A stretch of 63,706 bases of DNA, the filler included, from Octopus bimaculoides (taxonomy: Eukaryota), in assembly GCF_001194135.2 (NCBI RefSeq). It is 6 parts of 5 records of this genome, joined end to end, with 100 filler letters (N's around TTAATTAATTAA, not from the genome) between each part and the next. Parts side by side here need not be neighbours in the genome. Positions count along the whole stretch, not along the records: positions 62,437 to 63,706 come from NW_026400094.1; 5 more parts are not named here. One strand, 5' to 3'. Numbering within the stretch: position 1 is the stretch's first letter; each line of letters begins with the position of its first letter. A model generated the notes under the pieces. The model saw nothing but the letters and a program-made list of their open reading frames with translations. It ran no database searches and had not been told where the DNA came from. Below are positions 62,437 to 63,706 of the stretch, in pieces. The position numbers and the translations under genes are program-made.

Positions 62437-62940
62437 CTAGCATGGAAAGCGGACGTTAAACGATGATGATGATGATATATATAAGTGGAGTTTAGTGTCC
62501 AATTTAACTCGATTTCGATTTCACTTGTTTCAACAGGTCTTCGCAAGTGGAGTTTGGTGTCCAATGAAGGAAGGTACGCATAAGTGGACTGGCTGAGGCC
62601 TTAGATTTAGGTCTCACTTGGCTTACCGGGTATTCTCACGCACAGCATATTTCCAATTGGCAGAGTTTCTACAGCTGGATGCCCTTCCTAATGCCAACTA
62701 CTCAGAGAGTGTAGTGGGTGCTTTTACGTGCCACCGGCACGAAGGCCAGTCAGGCGATACTGGCAACGATCTCACCCGAAAGCCCATACACATGCTGCGG
62801 GCACAAGTGCCAGAAAGGCGACGCTGGGCACGGGTGCCATCACGATTCCGATTCCGCTTGCCCCAATAAGCCTTCGCAATCTGAGCTTCGTGCCCAATGA
62901 AGGAGACGACGTTGGCATGGGTGCCAGTCGTAGAATTTAA
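62437..62940. repeat. Retroelement tail (gcatggaaagcggacgttaaacgatgatgatg) followed by a GC-rich interspersed repeat
   Basis: (GAT)n-tailed end at 62437-62475; body gtttctacagctggatgcccttcctaatgccaac...gggtgcttttacgtgccaccggcacg; internal repeat tcttcgcaa...tg.ccaatgaagga at ~62540 and ~62875. Confidence 0.5.
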
Positions 62941-63377
62941 CTAGATTCCGATTACACACACAAACACGCACACGCACACGCACACACATATTTCAATTAG
63001 AAAATGGAGGATAATATGCTGGGCCCAACGACTTGCAGACAGTGTATCCCATTGAATTCATTAACTTAATTCGTAACTAAAGTGACAAAAACCCACAAAG
63101 TACAGTACAAGTGTTTATGACAAACCATGTTATATTGACAACCGTGTTTACAAATAAAATACATAAGGAATTTGAGAATAAACATAAACTTAATCTTACA
63201 GCTGTTTTGGCCTAGCGTTGGCATGCCCCATTCTATCCGAATAGTTCCTGCCGGAGTAATTATCGGATGAAATGCTGAAATGGGGGTACGTGCACGATTC
63301 GCTAGGCCTCTTCAGAGATTCACAAAAAATTCCATACAAATATACAGCAAGAGATAAAAACAAAAACAAAAATAAAA

Positions 63378-63706
63378 ATAAGGTTGGCAATGAGTACAGT
63401 GAAGAATTCCGGGTAGAGATAGAGGTCCACCAAGGGGCTGTCCTCAGCCCCCTCCTATTTATCATAGTCCTCCAGGCGATAACAGAGGAATTCAAGACAG
63501 GATGCCCCTGGGAGCTCCTCTATACTGATGACCTTGCACTAATTGCTGAGTCACTGTCAGAACTAGAGAAGTTCCAGGTGTGGAAGCAAGGACTAGAATC
63601 GAAGGGCCTTAGTGTCAACCTAGCTAAAACCAAAGTCCTAATAAGTAGGAATGTAAACAAAACACAAACCTCTTCAGGTAGATGGCCCTGCTCGATCTGT
63701 AGAAAA
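63378..63706 (+). mobile_element. RTE-clade LINE RT fragment running off the window end
   Basis: KVGNEYSEEFRVEIEVHQGAVLSPLLFIIVLQAITEEFKTGCPWELLYTDDLALIAES...GLSVNLAKTKVL...RWPCSICR. Confidence 0.85.

Overview
AT-rich, microsatellite-saturated eukaryotic DNA that is almost entirely decayed mobile elements. The SINE/LINE/Penelope mix and the TA/CA/CATA/TAA repeats resemble an octopus (coleoid cephalopod) genome; this is inference, with no database check. No intact gene or intact autonomous element is present, and almost all ORF-track entries are artefacts of N-gaps, microsatellites or TE antisense. Recognisable elements: four tRNA-derived SINE families; RTE-clade, Tx1/L1-clade and R4/Dong-like non-LTR relics, the last mostly abutting (TAA)n; two Penelope GIY-YIG relics, one ending in a hammerhead-ribozyme-like fold; a decayed hAT-like transposase; a Tc1/mariner fragment; and mariner-, hAT- and piggyBac-type MITEs. 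The best host-gene signal is a 96-nt plus-strand coding-exon candidate at 61082-61177, with weaker exon candidates elsewhere. Five 100-bp 44N-TTAATTAATTAA-44N spacers are scaffolding artefacts, so contiguity across them is unproven. Most notable observations: the hammerhead relic, microsatellite-targeted retroelements, an inverted RTE, a promoter-like module replacing a Tx1 endonuclease, and a templated-rearrangement cluster at 55.5-57.2 kb. I cannot support a claim of a new biological system.
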